IMG/VR virus record: IMGVR_UViG_3300033068_001747 | From: a virus | Taxonomy: Duplodnaviria; Caudoviricetes | Reading direction: 5' to 3' (one strand) | Length of the DNA stretch: 64,000 bases | In this document: one piece after another, positions 10,334 to 20,417 of the stretch | Layout: every line of letters starts with the position of its first letter | Position numbering within the stretch: the stretch's first letter is position 1 | Translations under genes and position numbers: made by a program | The notes under the pieces: generated by a model | The model's input: only the letters and a program-made list of their open reading frames with translations | What the model was told of the DNA's origin: nothing | The model's database searches: none

Positions 10334-13300
10334 TTATGCGTTGATGAAACCACCAGCAGCAATAGCACCAGTTCTTAAAATTGTAACATTATTTACAATG
10401 ATACCCATACCTTTGATTGGCTCTACATAAGTATCAAGAACTCCAATTTGACTATCGATAATATCAACAGTATTATTCTCATCATCCATTTTGTTGAAGT
10501 AGTTATATAAACCATTTTTGTTTACATAAGTTTCACAAATAACGTCAGCTCTTAATTTAATTTCAGCTCTAACATCAGGAGTATTGAATTTCCATTGGTA
10601 ATCAAGTAACATAGCAGCAAGTTCTCTTTCTAACTCAACTAATACTTCTCTCACGTGGATTAAAGATAATGCTGATTTATAGATAGTCAATGCAGTGTTT
10701 TCAGTCTCAATTACATATCCTCTGTTTCTTTTCAATACAATTGGATTCATTTGTGCACCATTTAAGAATTCAATATCAGTTGGATTGAAATCGTGTTCAA
10801 CACCAGCAATATTAGTAACTCTACCATTTGTAACACCAGCAGCAATTGTCCAAGGTGTAACAGAACTCACAATAGAAGTATGTTTTCTCATATAAGTTGT
10901 CGCAACATATGCAGCAGGTGGGAAATCTAATGGTCTACCATTATCATTTACTGTTACATAAGGAGTGAAATAACCTACTGATGATACTCCATTTCCATCA
11001 CCGAATGAGTAAAGGAATGCAGGATTACTTTCTGGATCACCACCTTTAGCAATAAATTCAGCTTGTAATACACCCTCAGAGTTTACGAAACTTGGAGAAG
11101 ATGAATTCTTGAATGATTTTAATGATGGCATATTGATGAAACCAAATACATTTAATCTCTCACCACAAATATCTACTAATTGTTGTTTTGATCTTTCTGT
11201 TAAACCTAAACCAAATCCGTCAACTAAATATCTAAAGTCAAATGCTTCTTTATTGACTAAAGATTTGAACAATGGTGTTCCTTTTGCAACCAAGTTTAAG
11301 ATTTGATTTTGTTTAGTTTCTGTACCATCAGGTAAAGAAGCTTGTCTAATTCTAAATCCTTTTAATGCAATACCTTTATAAGTAGTTGCATACTGATCAA
11401 CTGATGAATATCTTGTTGTTTGATAATCTAAGGCACCTGTTTCAGTATTAGTGTAAGGTGTTTTTAAGATTTTAGCATCACAAGTAATTTCAGCTAAACT
11501 TGTATCACCAGCATATTGTCTCTTGCTTAAGATTCTTGTATAATTTCTCATAAATGTTTGTCCTGGAGAAGCAGTAAAATCACTATTATCTGCCAATAAG
11601 AAATCACCAACTTTTACTTCAGTATATCTTGAACCATTTACTAAAATTTTATTAGGTACTTCAGTATATCCAGAAGGTCTTTCAATTTCAACTGTTTGTT
11701 TTAAATTAGCCAATTGAGATTGGACATTTAATTTATAGTTAGCAATTGTCTGAATTTCATTAGTCGAAACTAATTCAGAGTCTTTAAAACCAACTTCTAA
11801 ATTACCATCTAAATCTATAAACATTTGTAAGTAAGATTTCATTGCAGCATTTTCTAATGTATTGTACATAACTGTCACATTAGATAATTGCTCATAAGTA
11901 ACATTTTGAGAAACTGGATAAGCAAAACAGAATCCATTATCAAATCCTAAAGCATCAGCCAATTCAGCAGGACTTAGTGCAGGGTTTGGAGTATCTTGAC
12001 TTACTGTTAAAGCAGTAGTATTATTTACTGATTCAGGAAATAATATTTGATCTAAATCTTGTAAGTCTAAACTTGTCGAAGCAGTGTCTGCATCAATACT
12101 AGGTGTTTCAAACACAACATAATTATATCCAGCGTAAGGACTATTAAGATTGACTATTGTAGGATCAGGAGTAGCTTCACCATTTACAAATGTAACATTT
12201 ATAGTAGTCGTAGTACCAGTCTGAGCATCATAAAAATCATTTAAAGTATCGTTAGCAGCAGTAGTGTATAATCTATTTGAATAGAAATAATCACCATCAT
12301 TGATTAAACCATTATAGTATTTTTGGTAGAATGTTGAATATTTACCAACTACACCATCACTACTATTAGCTACACCATCTTGAGTAAATAACTTCTCACT
12401 ACCAAGGATAAACTCATTATCTACTTGATAGATTTTTAAAACACCACCATTTGGTCCAGAGATATAAGAAACGTCAGATAATCCAGTTTTTAATACTAAA
12501 GATTTATTTTGTGTTGCAGAAGTTACTACTTCAGTAACTGTCATAGTAGACAAGCTTTTCTTAGTACCAACACCATCAATAATCATTGTTCCTTGATCCT
12601 TATAAACTCCTAAGAATTCTTTAATCTTATTAAACATTTTGATTTTTCTCCATTGTTGATAGTTCTTAACATCAGAACCCGCAGTTCCCCAGAATGTCAA
12701 TCTAACATCACCTTGAGAATAACCAACAGTATTACTTAAATCCTCTACATAATAATCATGCACTAATGAATTAGTACCATAAGTAAAATCTAGATACGGA
12801 TGAACACCTTCTATATAAACACCATCAACATAACCAGAATCAACATATTCAATTAAATCTTCGTCTGGACTTATACAAACTCCGGTAAATGATGCAGTAC
12901 CAAAGAATGCTTGTTCTAGAACATTATATGTAATATAACCTAATACTAAATCAGATGATGCTACAGTAGGTAAAACATTATTTGCATAACTTGTAACACT
13001 TGAGATAACACCACTAGTATTTACTGTAAAAACAGTTGAATAAGTTGCCACTGAAGTTAAATATTTAAAATCAATTGATTTTACATTAAATGAATAAGTA
13101 CCTGCTGTTATAGGAACATATTGTCCACCAATAACCGCATAAGGATCAAAACTATCTATTGTACCTGCAAAATATTTAACATTCAATATAGACTGAGTAC
13201 CAGAACCTGTTATTGTATGATTATTATTCCCATGAATATCAGCAGTTTCACCAGTAGCAGTTTTAACATTTAGCAAAGCACCTTCAGTAAACCAAGCTGT

Positions 13301-14452
13301 TCTATATTGAGGTAATGAAACAATACCTGAAGTTTTTGGAGAACCAAATGCGTGACCATCTTGCTCAGCCAATCCATTAGTATCATTTGATGCAGTACCA
13401 AATAATGCCACAACATTTCCTGGTAAATCCAAAGGAGTTGCAGTAAACGGTACAGATTCAACAATAGTTTCTTTATATGATAAGAAATCAATTTCTTTTT
13501 GTTCAGAATCAACTAAAGTACCACCAATAAGGTCAACTAAACCAGTGTAGTAATCTTCTTCTACTAAGTCTGCATTAAATGCACAGTATAAACCAGTTGT
13601 ATCAGTACCTCTGTTTATTGTTGTTTCAATGAATATATTTCTTCCTTCTAAATCTCTAAAGTAAGGAATTAATGATAATCCTTCGTAGTATGCTAACAAA
13701 GTAACATTTCTGTCATTTGCAAAATTTCTCAATTGCTCTTTAATTAAACCATCAGAATTAAAATATTGACCCCATCTGTTATCAACCGCCAAGTTTTTGT
13801 AATCTGACCAGTCACCTGCGATCACAACAACATCAACCATATAATCAGATGCGTAATCTGATGCGTTAACGTAAGGTGGCATTTTTTCAACAGAACCATA
13901 CCATTCAAGTAATGTTCTATCAAATCCAGTAACTTGTGTTTTAATTGCAAATACTGTAATGTATCTGTCTGACAAGTTAGTAAAGCTTAAAGCTCTTTCT
14001 GAATAACCAGCGTTATTTTTTGTTAGATTAATGAAAGCCTCAGTATCTCTCTTCCAGAAACCAGTTGTATCAAAGAATCTTCTGTAAGGACCTTCTCTCT
14101 TAATATCATTAAGATTGTGTGCAGAAGAAGATAATGATTTATACTCAATAACATCTAATGTATCATCTGTCAACAATAAATTCATTGCATAAACAGGAGA
14201 TGATTCTAACATTTTTGAAACAGTTCTGTGGAAAAAAGATCCTTTTCTTTCCAAGTTTCTATCTAATTGACCATAAACCGTTTCTAAATCATTAACAGTT
14301 GTTAATCTAATCGGTGTATTAACAGGTCCTTTTTTAGAAACTCCTATTACAAGGTTAGTTATTCCTTCTACAGTAGGTGTGCTGAATACTGACTTGTCAA
14401 TTTCTTCGATGAAGATACCAGGTCTTTTGTATTTTCCAATTTGAATTGCCAT
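10334..14452 (-). CDS. Tail sheath protein (gp18-like), 1372 aa with large insertions
   Basis: N-terminal RPGIFIEEIDKS, GVSKKGPVNTP; C-terminal PWTIAAGVTNG, NPI, IHVRE, DDENNT..IID, VEPIKG. Confidence 0.92.
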   Translation of the reverse strand: MAIQIGKYKRPGIFIEEIDKSVFSTPTVEGITNLVIGVSKKGPVNTPIRLTTVNDLETVYGQLDRNLERKGSFFHRTVSKMLESSPVYAMNLLLTDDTLDVIEYKSLSSSAHNLNDIKREGPYRRFFDTTGFWKRDTEAFINLTKNNAGYSERALSFTNLSDRYITVFAIKTQVTGFDRTLLEWYGSVEKMPPYVNASDYASDYMVDVVVIAGDWSDYKNLAVDNRWGQYFNSDGLIKEQLRNFANDRNVTLLAYYEGLSLIPYFRDLEGRNIFIETTINRGTDTTGLYCAFNADLVEEDYYTGLVDLIGGTLVDSEQKEIDFLSYKETIVESVPFTATPLDLPGNVVALFGTASNDTNGLAEQDGHAFGSPKTSGIVSLPQYRTAWFTEGALLNVKTATGETADIHGNNNHTITGSGTQSILNVKYFAGTIDSFDPYAVIGGQYVPITAGTYSFNVKSIDFKYLTSVATYSTVFTVNTSGVISSVTSYANNVLPTVASSDLVLGYITYNVLEQAFFGTASFTGVCISPDEDLIEYVDSGYVDGVYIEGVHPYLDFTYGTNSLVHDYYVEDLSNTVGYSQGDVRLTFWGTAGSDVKNYQQWRKIKMFNKIKEFLGVYKDQGTMIIDGVGTKKSLSTMTVTEVVTSATQNKSLVLKTGLSDVSYISGPNGGVLKIYQVDNEFILGSEKLFTQDGVANSSDGVVGKYSTFYQKYYNGLINDGDYFYSNRLYTTAANDTLNDFYDAQTGTTTTINVTFVNGEATPDPTIVNLNSPYAGYNYVVFETPSIDADTASTSLDLQDLDQILFPESVNNTTALTVSQDTPNPALSPAELADALGFDNGFCFAYPVSQNVTYEQLSNVTVMYNTLENAAMKSYLQMFIDLDGNLEVGFKDSELVSTNEIQTIANYKLNVQSQLANLKQTVEIERPSGYTEVPNKILVNGSRYTEVKVGDFLLADNSDFTASPGQTFMRNYTRILSKRQYAGDTSLAEITCDAKILKTPYTNTETGALDYQTTRYSSVDQYATTYKGIALKGFRIRQASLPDGTETKQNQILNLVAKGTPLFKSLVNKEAFDFRYLVDGFGLGLTERSKQQLVDICGERLNVFGFINMPSLKSFKNSSSPSFVNSEGVLQAEFIAKGGDPESNPAFLYSFGDGNGVSSVGYFTPYVTVNDNGRPLDFPPAAYVATTYMRKHTSIVSSVTPWTIAAGVTNGRVTNIAGVEHDFNPTDIEFLNGAQMNPIVLKRNRGYVIETENTALTIYKSALSLIHVREVLVELERELAAMLLDYQWKFNTPDVRAEIKLRADVICETYVNKNGLYNYFNKMDDENNTVDIIDSQIGVLDTYVEPIKGMGIIVNNVTILRTGAIAAGGFINA

Positions 14453-14481
14453 ATTTTTTATTTTAATTTTTTAGTTTAATG

Positions 14482-14491
14482 TATATATTAA
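14482..14491 (-). promoter_or_regulatory. Late-type promoter TTAATATATA for the sheath
   Basis: Exact motif 29 nt before the sheath ATG. Confidence 0.6.
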
Positions 14492-14512
14492 AAGAAAAAA
14501 ATCATATTTTCT

Positions 14513-15043
14513 CTATTTTTGATTAACATTAGATATTTTTGTGATATTTTCCTTCATATCCTTTTCTATTCTCGCCAAATTATCTTTGTGTTTCTTCTCT
14601 GCAAATGTAAAATCAGTTTGTGTTTTAGTAACTTTCTTCAATAACTCTTGAATTTTCACATTGACTGCTTGTTTCGTAGTAGCATCTGTAGATAACTTTA
14701 ATTCCTCTTGATAATTTTTATTTTCTTGATCCATTTTTAACAAATCACTTTGCATTCTAGCCAAAGTTGAATATTCCACAAGAAATGGATTTCGATCTGG
14801 TCCGTTTTGAACTGCTTGATCTCCTAATATTCTAACTAATTCTCTTTCAAGTTGAACAGAATCTTTAATATTCTTATAAGCATTATCAATCTGAGGTCGT
14901 TTAGTTTTATAATCAGCTAGTTGTTTACTAAGATTTTCCATACTTTGTTTATTCATCTTAATATCAACTGGATCAGTTTCTTCAACCGGTATAGCAATAC
15001 CATCTGCTTCTAAAAATAATTTATAATTTTTTAAATGTTTCAT
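14513..15043 (-). CDS. Coiled-coil protein with MKHLKNYKLFLE tag
   Basis: ORF, heptad-rich. Confidence 0.7.
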   Translation of the reverse strand: MKHLKNYKLFLEADGIAIPVEETDPVDIKMNKQSMENLSKQLADYKTKRPQIDNAYKNIKDSVQLERELVRILGDQAVQNGPDRNPFLVEYSTLARMQSDLLKMDQENKNYQEELKLSTDATTKQAVNVKIQELLKKVTKTQTDFTFAEKKHKDNLARIEKDMKENITKISNVNQK

Positions 15044-17679
15044 TATTGTTTTTTAATTTGGATTCCTGTTTTAGATCTTACCTGTGTTTTTGCAGGTTTA
15101 TTACCTGCTTGTAAAATAACAGCATCTAATTTTGGTTCAGTAGTATTATCAATAGTATAAACTTTTTTATCTTTACTATAAACTAACCAATAAATGTCAG
15201 AAATGTCTTTAAATATAGGTTCAGTTACTTTACCATCATTATCAACAGAAGAAACTTTTATTGTATTATTTAACTTGAAAATATCATTAAACTCATTTAC
15301 TTTAATCATAGTATATTTAGGAGGTAAAGTACCATCTATAGCCAATCCCATTTCAAATGTACCCTTAGCTATATCTTTTTGAGTACCATTCATCTTATTC
15401 AAGTATTTATTTCTATAATAAGGAATTAAAGTATATGACATATAGATTTCACCATTTGAAACCTCATGAATTAAAAATGTTCTTTGTCTTCTCTTACCTT
15501 CCTCATTTGTATAAGCAATTGTAAAAAATGTATTAGGTTTTAAATCAACTCCTTTAATAGGAGGAGCAACTTTACCTAATTCTAACTCTAATTTCTGTTT
15601 AGAACTCTCTAATGTTGCAGCATCTGCTAAATCTTTCTCATCTAATACTGCCATTGCAGTTTGATTATTAGTTCCTGCACCATCACCGAAATATGAATCA
15701 ACAAAGCCAGCAACTTTACCTCTCTCATTACCAGATTTATACAGTTTCTCACCATCTAATATATCATTTATAAATTTATTAAATTGAAGACCTGCGTTAG
15801 GTCTGATTTCCCAATCTCCAGGATTAGAATAATCAGGATTAGTTACCTTTGGTAATCTTAGATTAGCATTCTTAGTAAACAATACCTGATATTTACGATT
15901 CTTTCTTATATCATTAACTGCTTCTTCCCAAGCATCAAACAATTTATTATTTCTATAAGGACCATTTCTACCACTATCACCATCAGAACCACCACCAAAT
16001 GAAGTATATTCAGATAATGTATTTGTATCAACCTTCTCACTTCTTTTAGTAATTGTTTGAACAGTATATAACTTATAAGCTTTTATGAAAAGATTCATTA
16101 TTTCAATGATAGGGTCTAAACTCATAGTTATACCCTCAGGATTTTCCTTTTTCTTAGCTTCTAATTCATCTCTTAACTTAGTAGTTTCCTCTTCTGAGAT
16201 AGTAAATGCTCTAACCTCTTTACAATTTTCATTAAAGAAGTCTAATATTTTCTTAGTAGAATCGGTACTATCACCTTGTACTTCTTGCTCATCATTTGTA
16301 GTTTGATTCTCAACTGGCTTCTCATCAGGTTTACCGGAAGGTAAAATATTTTGTGCTTCTAAAAACGTAAAATAAGAAAGTACCGACTCTTTTTTAACAG
16401 TAACAATAGGCACTTTATTTATCTCTTTTAAAGTAGATACAAATGTTTGTAAAGGAACTTTTAAATCTCCTAAACCACCATATAAGTTCTCTTTTTCAAA
16501 TTGAGATGCTCTTTTAGAAAATCTCGCAATTTTCTCAGCAATAATAACTACTTTATTTCTATCTGATAAAACCTCAATACCTTCATTATAAAGTCTATCC
16601 TTTTCTTGTATTGTTGCCTTTTTATCACCAACCAAATATCTATTTATCTCATTATAAAGATTTTTTATAAGTTCTTTATTTTTACTATCGTTAGAATTTG
16701 TTGCAATATCATTAATTAAATTATAATCAACTGAAATACCTTTTTCCTTAGGTGAAATTAATACTTCAATATCTTTTCTCAATTTATTAAAAGCTTGTGT
16801 TAAGTGATCTTCACCAACAACTGTTTTACCTCTATCTGCAGCACCACCAGTACCAAATGAGTCAGCACCTTCCATAAGAAGAACCATTCCTGAAGGAAGT
16901 GATTGATCATTATTGGTAAATTTAGCTAACTTAGTATTTTTGGTTCTTATTGTGTCAATATCTAATCGATTAGGGTTTTTAGTATTATCACTTTGAATTA
17001 AACTTAATTTATCACCATTCACGGTAGTATATGTTTTCTTTGTTTTACCGTTAGCACCTGTTGATGAACCAGTACTAACTTTCTTATAATTTGCTAATAC
17101 CAAAGCAAGTGCTTTTAGATTTTTAACCATTAAACCATACGAATTAATGTTACCATCTGTACCTTTTTCTTCAGTAGTTTCTGTAGAATTTTGATCTTTA
17201 AATTGGTTTAAGAAATCTCTAAACTTTTTAAGTTCCTCTAGTAAAATCTCTTTTTTATCTAGATTTTTCACATCATTAACTGCTTTAATTGCACCATCTG
17301 TTAATCCTATCAACTCAGATACAGGATGACCATTTTCCACCGCAAATATCAACTCCTTAAAGAAAGAGGATAAAGTTATTCTAAGTAATAATAACTGTTG
17401 ATCACCATCTAGAGAGAATACAACAGATTGGTCTAAAAGATAATCAAATTGCTCTCTTAACCTTTCTGTCAATTTTTTAATTTGCCCAACTTTTCTAGCA
17501 ATTCTTGCTTTTCTAATGATATGATTGATTAGACGTCCTAATAAAGAGTCATTCCAACCAACATCATTTGCAAATGGACCACTATTAAATTCAGCTTCTT
17601 CGTTTATTGACTTGATTTTATTTATAGAGTTAGAGTTTTTCTCTCTAAGAAAATCCTCTCTTTTATTCAAATATCTCAT
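15043..17679 (-). CDS. Large tagged virion-associated protein with a LysM-like insert
   Basis: MRYLNKREDFLRE start; KTYTTVNGDKLSLI...IRTKN...LPSGMVLL is LysM-like. Confidence 0.6.
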   Translation of the reverse strand: MRYLNKREDFLREKNSNSINKIKSINEEAEFNSGPFANDVGWNDSLLGRLINHIIRKARIARKVGQIKKLTERLREQFDYLLDQSVVFSLDGDQQLLLLRITLSSFFKELIFAVENGHPVSELIGLTDGAIKAVNDVKNLDKKEILLEELKKFRDFLNQFKDQNSTETTEEKGTDGNINSYGLMVKNLKALALVLANYKKVSTGSSTGANGKTKKTYTTVNGDKLSLIQSDNTKNPNRLDIDTIRTKNTKLAKFTNNDQSLPSGMVLLMEGADSFGTGGAADRGKTVVGEDHLTQAFNKLRKDIEVLISPKEKGISVDYNLINDIATNSNDSKNKELIKNLYNEINRYLVGDKKATIQEKDRLYNEGIEVLSDRNKVVIIAEKIARFSKRASQFEKENLYGGLGDLKVPLQTFVSTLKEINKVPIVTVKKESVLSYFTFLEAQNILPSGKPDEKPVENQTTNDEQEVQGDSTDSTKKILDFFNENCKEVRAFTISEEETTKLRDELEAKKKENPEGITMSLDPIIEIMNLFIKAYKLYTVQTITKRSEKVDTNTLSEYTSFGGGSDGDSGRNGPYRNNKLFDAWEEAVNDIRKNRKYQVLFTKNANLRLPKVTNPDYSNPGDWEIRPNAGLQFNKFINDILDGEKLYKSGNERGKVAGFVDSYFGDGAGTNNQTAMAVLDEKDLADAATLESSKQKLELELGKVAPPIKGVDLKPNTFFTIAYTNEEGKRRQRTFLIHEVSNGEIYMSYTLIPYYRNKYLNKMNGTQKDIAKGTFEMGLAIDGTLPPKYTMIKVNEFNDIFKLNNTIKVSSVDNDGKVTEPIFKDISDIYWLVYSKDKKVYTIDNTTEPKLDAVILQAGNKPAKTQVRSKTGIQIKKQ

Positions 17680-17728
17680 TATGATATAAAAAATTTTTTA
17701 GTATATATATAAAATAATAAGTATCATT

Positions 17729-17759
17729 TTTGTTATTTCAAAAATTATAAGTATATTTG
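17729..17759 (+). promoter_or_regulatory. Bacteroidetes primary-sigma promoter TTTG-N19-TATATTTG
   Basis: TTTG at 17729-32 and TATATTTG at 17752-59, upstream of 17776. Confidence 0.7.
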
Positions 17760-17775
17760 TAAAAAGAAATAAAGT

Positions 17776-18348
17776 ATGAGTTTATTCAATATCAATAAAG
17801 TAATATGTCTTAATCTAAAATCAATGGATCAAAGACAACTGTTTATTGCATCAAGATCGTTTTCAATCGATTTTGAAGCTCTTTTGACTTACAAGAAACA
17901 AAGATGTTTAAAATTGTGGATTTGTCAAGAGATTGGAATGACTATTGCTGTTGAACAACAAGATGTAAATAAGTTTACAGGTGAGTTACTTGAAAAAGAG
18001 TTCTACTTCTTTCCAGAAGTTTGTCCTGTAACAAAAAAAGAATGGGATAGAGTATTTAAAATGAAACCTATGGTACCTACTAAGATTTCTAGAGATATAG
18101 ATACTTTAAATTTTTATCTACACTACCTTGAACAAGGATACGATATTAGAATGCCTTCTTTAGATAGAAAAATAGAACATATAAGAAATAATCAAGAAGA
18201 AACCAAAGAAGATAAGGTTAAATCAAAAAGTAAAAAAGAAATTACTTTAGAAATCGATAAAATCTTAGATAAAGTAAATGAAAGTGGTTTAAACTCTTTA
18301 ACAAAAGAGGAAAAGAATTTTCTAGACGATGTATCAAAAACCAGGTAA
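17776..18348 (+). CDS. Hypothetical protein with C-terminal DUF6576-like domain
   Basis: EIDKILDKVNESGLNSLTKEEKNFL. Confidence 0.7.
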   Translation: MSLFNINKVICLNLKSMDQRQLFIASRSFSIDFEALLTYKKQRCLKLWICQEIGMTIAVEQQDVNKFTGELLEKEFYFFPEVCPVTKKEWDRVFKMKPMVPTKISRDIDTLNFYLHYLEQGYDIRMPSLDRKIEHIRNNQEETKEDKVKSKSKKEITLEIDKILDKVNESGLNSLTKEEKNFLDDVSKTR

Positions 18349-18365
18349 ATCACCTGGTTTTTTTT
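18336..18365. terminator. Intrinsic terminator
   Basis: aaaaaccaggt-aaatc-acctggttttttt. Confidence 0.75.
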
Positions 18366-18377
18366 ATATATACTCAT

Positions 18378-18875
18378 ATGAAAAACTTAAAATTATATGA
18401 GAATTTTTCCGGTAAAATAAAATATACTAAACCCGAAGATCTTGATACACAAGAAGTTGTTGAGTTAGTTGGAATTTTATTTGAATTAAAACCTACTCTA
18501 CCAGATGAATTTCCTAACAAAGATTTATCACCTTTAATCAAAAATGAGGTATCTTATCTATCTGATGATGATAGATTTAATATCGTAGTTGGGTTCAGTG
18601 AAAATGATGTTTATGTAAACAAGGAAGGTGAACTGGTCTCTGGTAAATATAAAACAATATTTAAGGTAAATATCAGTAGAACCGAAAAAGAAAGTTTTAA
18701 ATTATCAGAAGTTAAAGAATACATTCTTTTAACATCACAATTAGTTGAAAAAACTTATGATAAAGTTAAAATGTTAGTTAAGATAAATGAAGAGAAGTTA
18801 TCGATGGAAGATTTTGAGAAATTATCAGATAATGATGAAATAGAAGAAATAACATTTCTTATAAAAATATACTAG
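18378..18875 (+). CDS. Tagged hypothetical protein (paralog family A)
   Basis: MKNLKLYENF; SYLSDD...FKLSEVKEYIL. Confidence 0.7.
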   Translation: MKNLKLYENFSGKIKYTKPEDLDTQEVVELVGILFELKPTLPDEFPNKDLSPLIKNEVSYLSDDDRFNIVVGFSENDVYVNKEGELVSGKYKTIFKVNISRTEKESFKLSEVKEYILLTSQLVEKTYDKVKMLVKINEEKLSMEDFEKLSDNDEIEEITFLIKIY

Positions 18876-18878
18876 TTT

Positions 18879-19457
18879 ATGAAGTATTTACAAACACATG
18901 AGGGGTTTATCAATAAAGTTAAAACATTTATTAAAGATAAACTTAAAGAACAAGAACCAAATACAGAAAATAATATAACTGGTTCTAATGAAAAAAAAGA
19001 TAAATTTAGAGAATTTGTAATGGATTGTATTACTTATCTACAAGATGATTTTAATATAGATATTAAATTTGTTGAAAATTCAGTTGAAAGAGGATATAAA
19101 GGTGAAACAATATTTGGTGAATTAAAAACCGAATCCAGAGTTAAAATACTAAAACAAGTTAGACAAGGTGACCAGAATAAAATAGAGGAAAATCAATTCA
19201 TTATTGATGATGTTAGAGATCAACTTTTATCTATGGTAGAACTGGCTTTAAGACATTATAATATATTAGATGTTTATTTTGTTTACAGAGGTGAATTAGA
19301 AACAATTGAAAATGATAACCCATTTACTGTAGCCACAGGTATTGCATTAGATATGCTTAAACCGGGAGAACCTCAAAAAGTAAATAAAAAAGATTTTGAA
19401 AAATTACCTTATGATACAATAACTTCCGAAGTAAATGTCATATTCAAACTATTATAA
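18879..19457 (+). CDS. Tagged hypothetical protein (paralog family A)
   Basis: MKYLQTHEGF; DCITYLQDD...FIIDDVRDQL. Confidence 0.7.
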   Translation: MKYLQTHEGFINKVKTFIKDKLKEQEPNTENNITGSNEKKDKFREFVMDCITYLQDDFNIDIKFVENSVERGYKGETIFGELKTESRVKILKQVRQGDQNKIEENQFIIDDVRDQLLSMVELALRHYNILDVYFVYRGELETIENDNPFTVATGIALDMLKPGEPQKVNKKDFEKLPYDTITSEVNVIFKLL

Positions 19458-19484
19458 AAAACCGAGATTTATCTTGGTTTTTTT
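19456..19484. terminator. Intrinsic terminator
   Basis: aaaaaccgaga-ttta-tcttggttttttt. Confidence 0.7.
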
Positions 19485-19598
19485 ATTTATTTTCATTTTT
19501 TTAAAATCATAATCTCTATTTTTTTAGAAAAATTAAAGAAAAAGAAAAACAATGTCAGAAGCTAAAAAATATATATACTCGTAAAAAGATCATTCAAA

Positions 19599-19889
19599 AT
19601 GGGAATTAAAGAATTAAAGTATAACGATAAATCTATCACAACAAAATCAGAAATTTTAAAGAAGTTAAAAGAGTTTGGATTCAATTGGCTAATTGATTCT
19701 GAAGTTGAAGATGCTATTGTAGAAATTAAGAAAGATACTTTAATTTGGCATGAAGGTATTTATAAATTCGGAAATTGGCACTACGGCATATTTAAAAATG
19801 GAGGATTCTATGGAACGTGGGAAAATGGTATTTGGGAGAAAGGAGTCTTTAAGGGAACTTGGAAGAGCGGTTTGAACAAACCTATCTAG
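19599..19889 (+). CDS. Small protein with G-x-W/F repeats (beta-solenoid-like)
   Basis: WHEGIYKFGNWHYGIFKNGGFYGTWENGIWEKGVFKGTWKSG. Confidence 0.65.
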   Translation: MGIKELKYNDKSITTKSEILKKLKEFGFNWLIDSEVEDAIVEIKKDTLIWHEGIYKFGNWHYGIFKNGGFYGTWENGIWEKGVFKGTWKSGLNKPI

Positions 19890-19909
19890 ATAAAAATAAT
19901 TACTTAACT

Positions 19910-20365
19910 ATGAAAAGAAAAAAAACTTTACTGAAAGAAATTGGAACTAAAATTATTTATGACAACAATACAATTATAATTAGCAGAGAAGGAAATGAAT
20001 GGTTCTTTGAAATAGGAAAAGAGTTAACGACAGATTTAGGAGAGGCAGTTTCATTATTATTAAGAAATTGTGATGCAAATGACCCAATTTGGCAACTTGA
20101 AATTAGAGATATAGATACTAGTAATTTATCACCAGAAAAAAGTTTATATTGGCTAACAGGTGGTGAAAGAGAATGGAAAACTTTAGAACATTATAATAAA
20201 CCTTGGTGTGATTGTTATTTAGATTTTCAAGAAGAATTTGGATTTTTAATAGTAAGTATTATAAATAAATCCAGAACTTTAGAAGAAATGAGAAAACACT
20301 TTATAGAATACTTAAATCTACCAGTACTATATGATTTTGCACTCAGTAAAAAGTTATTAAGATAA
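19910..20365 (+). CDS. Hypothetical protein
   Basis: Start re-assigned to MKRKK at 19910. Confidence 0.6.
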   Translation: MKRKKTLLKEIGTKIIYDNNTIIISREGNEWFFEIGKELTTDLGEAVSLLLRNCDANDPIWQLEIRDIDTSNLSPEKSLYWLTGGEREWKTLEHYNKPWCDCYLDFQEEFGFLIVSIINKSRTLEEMRKHFIEYLNLPVLYDFALSKKLLR

Positions 20366-20370
20366 AAATT

Positions 20371-20401
20371 AAAAACCTATCATAAAAGATAGGTTTTTTT
20401 T
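20371..20401. terminator. Intrinsic terminator
   Basis: aaaaacctatc-ataaaa-gataggtttttttt. Confidence 0.75.
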
Positions 20402-20417
20402 ATTTATATATAGTACT

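Noticed and set aside
18873-18881. TAG read-through fusing 18378 and 18879 (same frame, 3 nt apart)
   Set aside because: The second gene has its own tagged start and is a paralog; tandem genes explain the arrangement.
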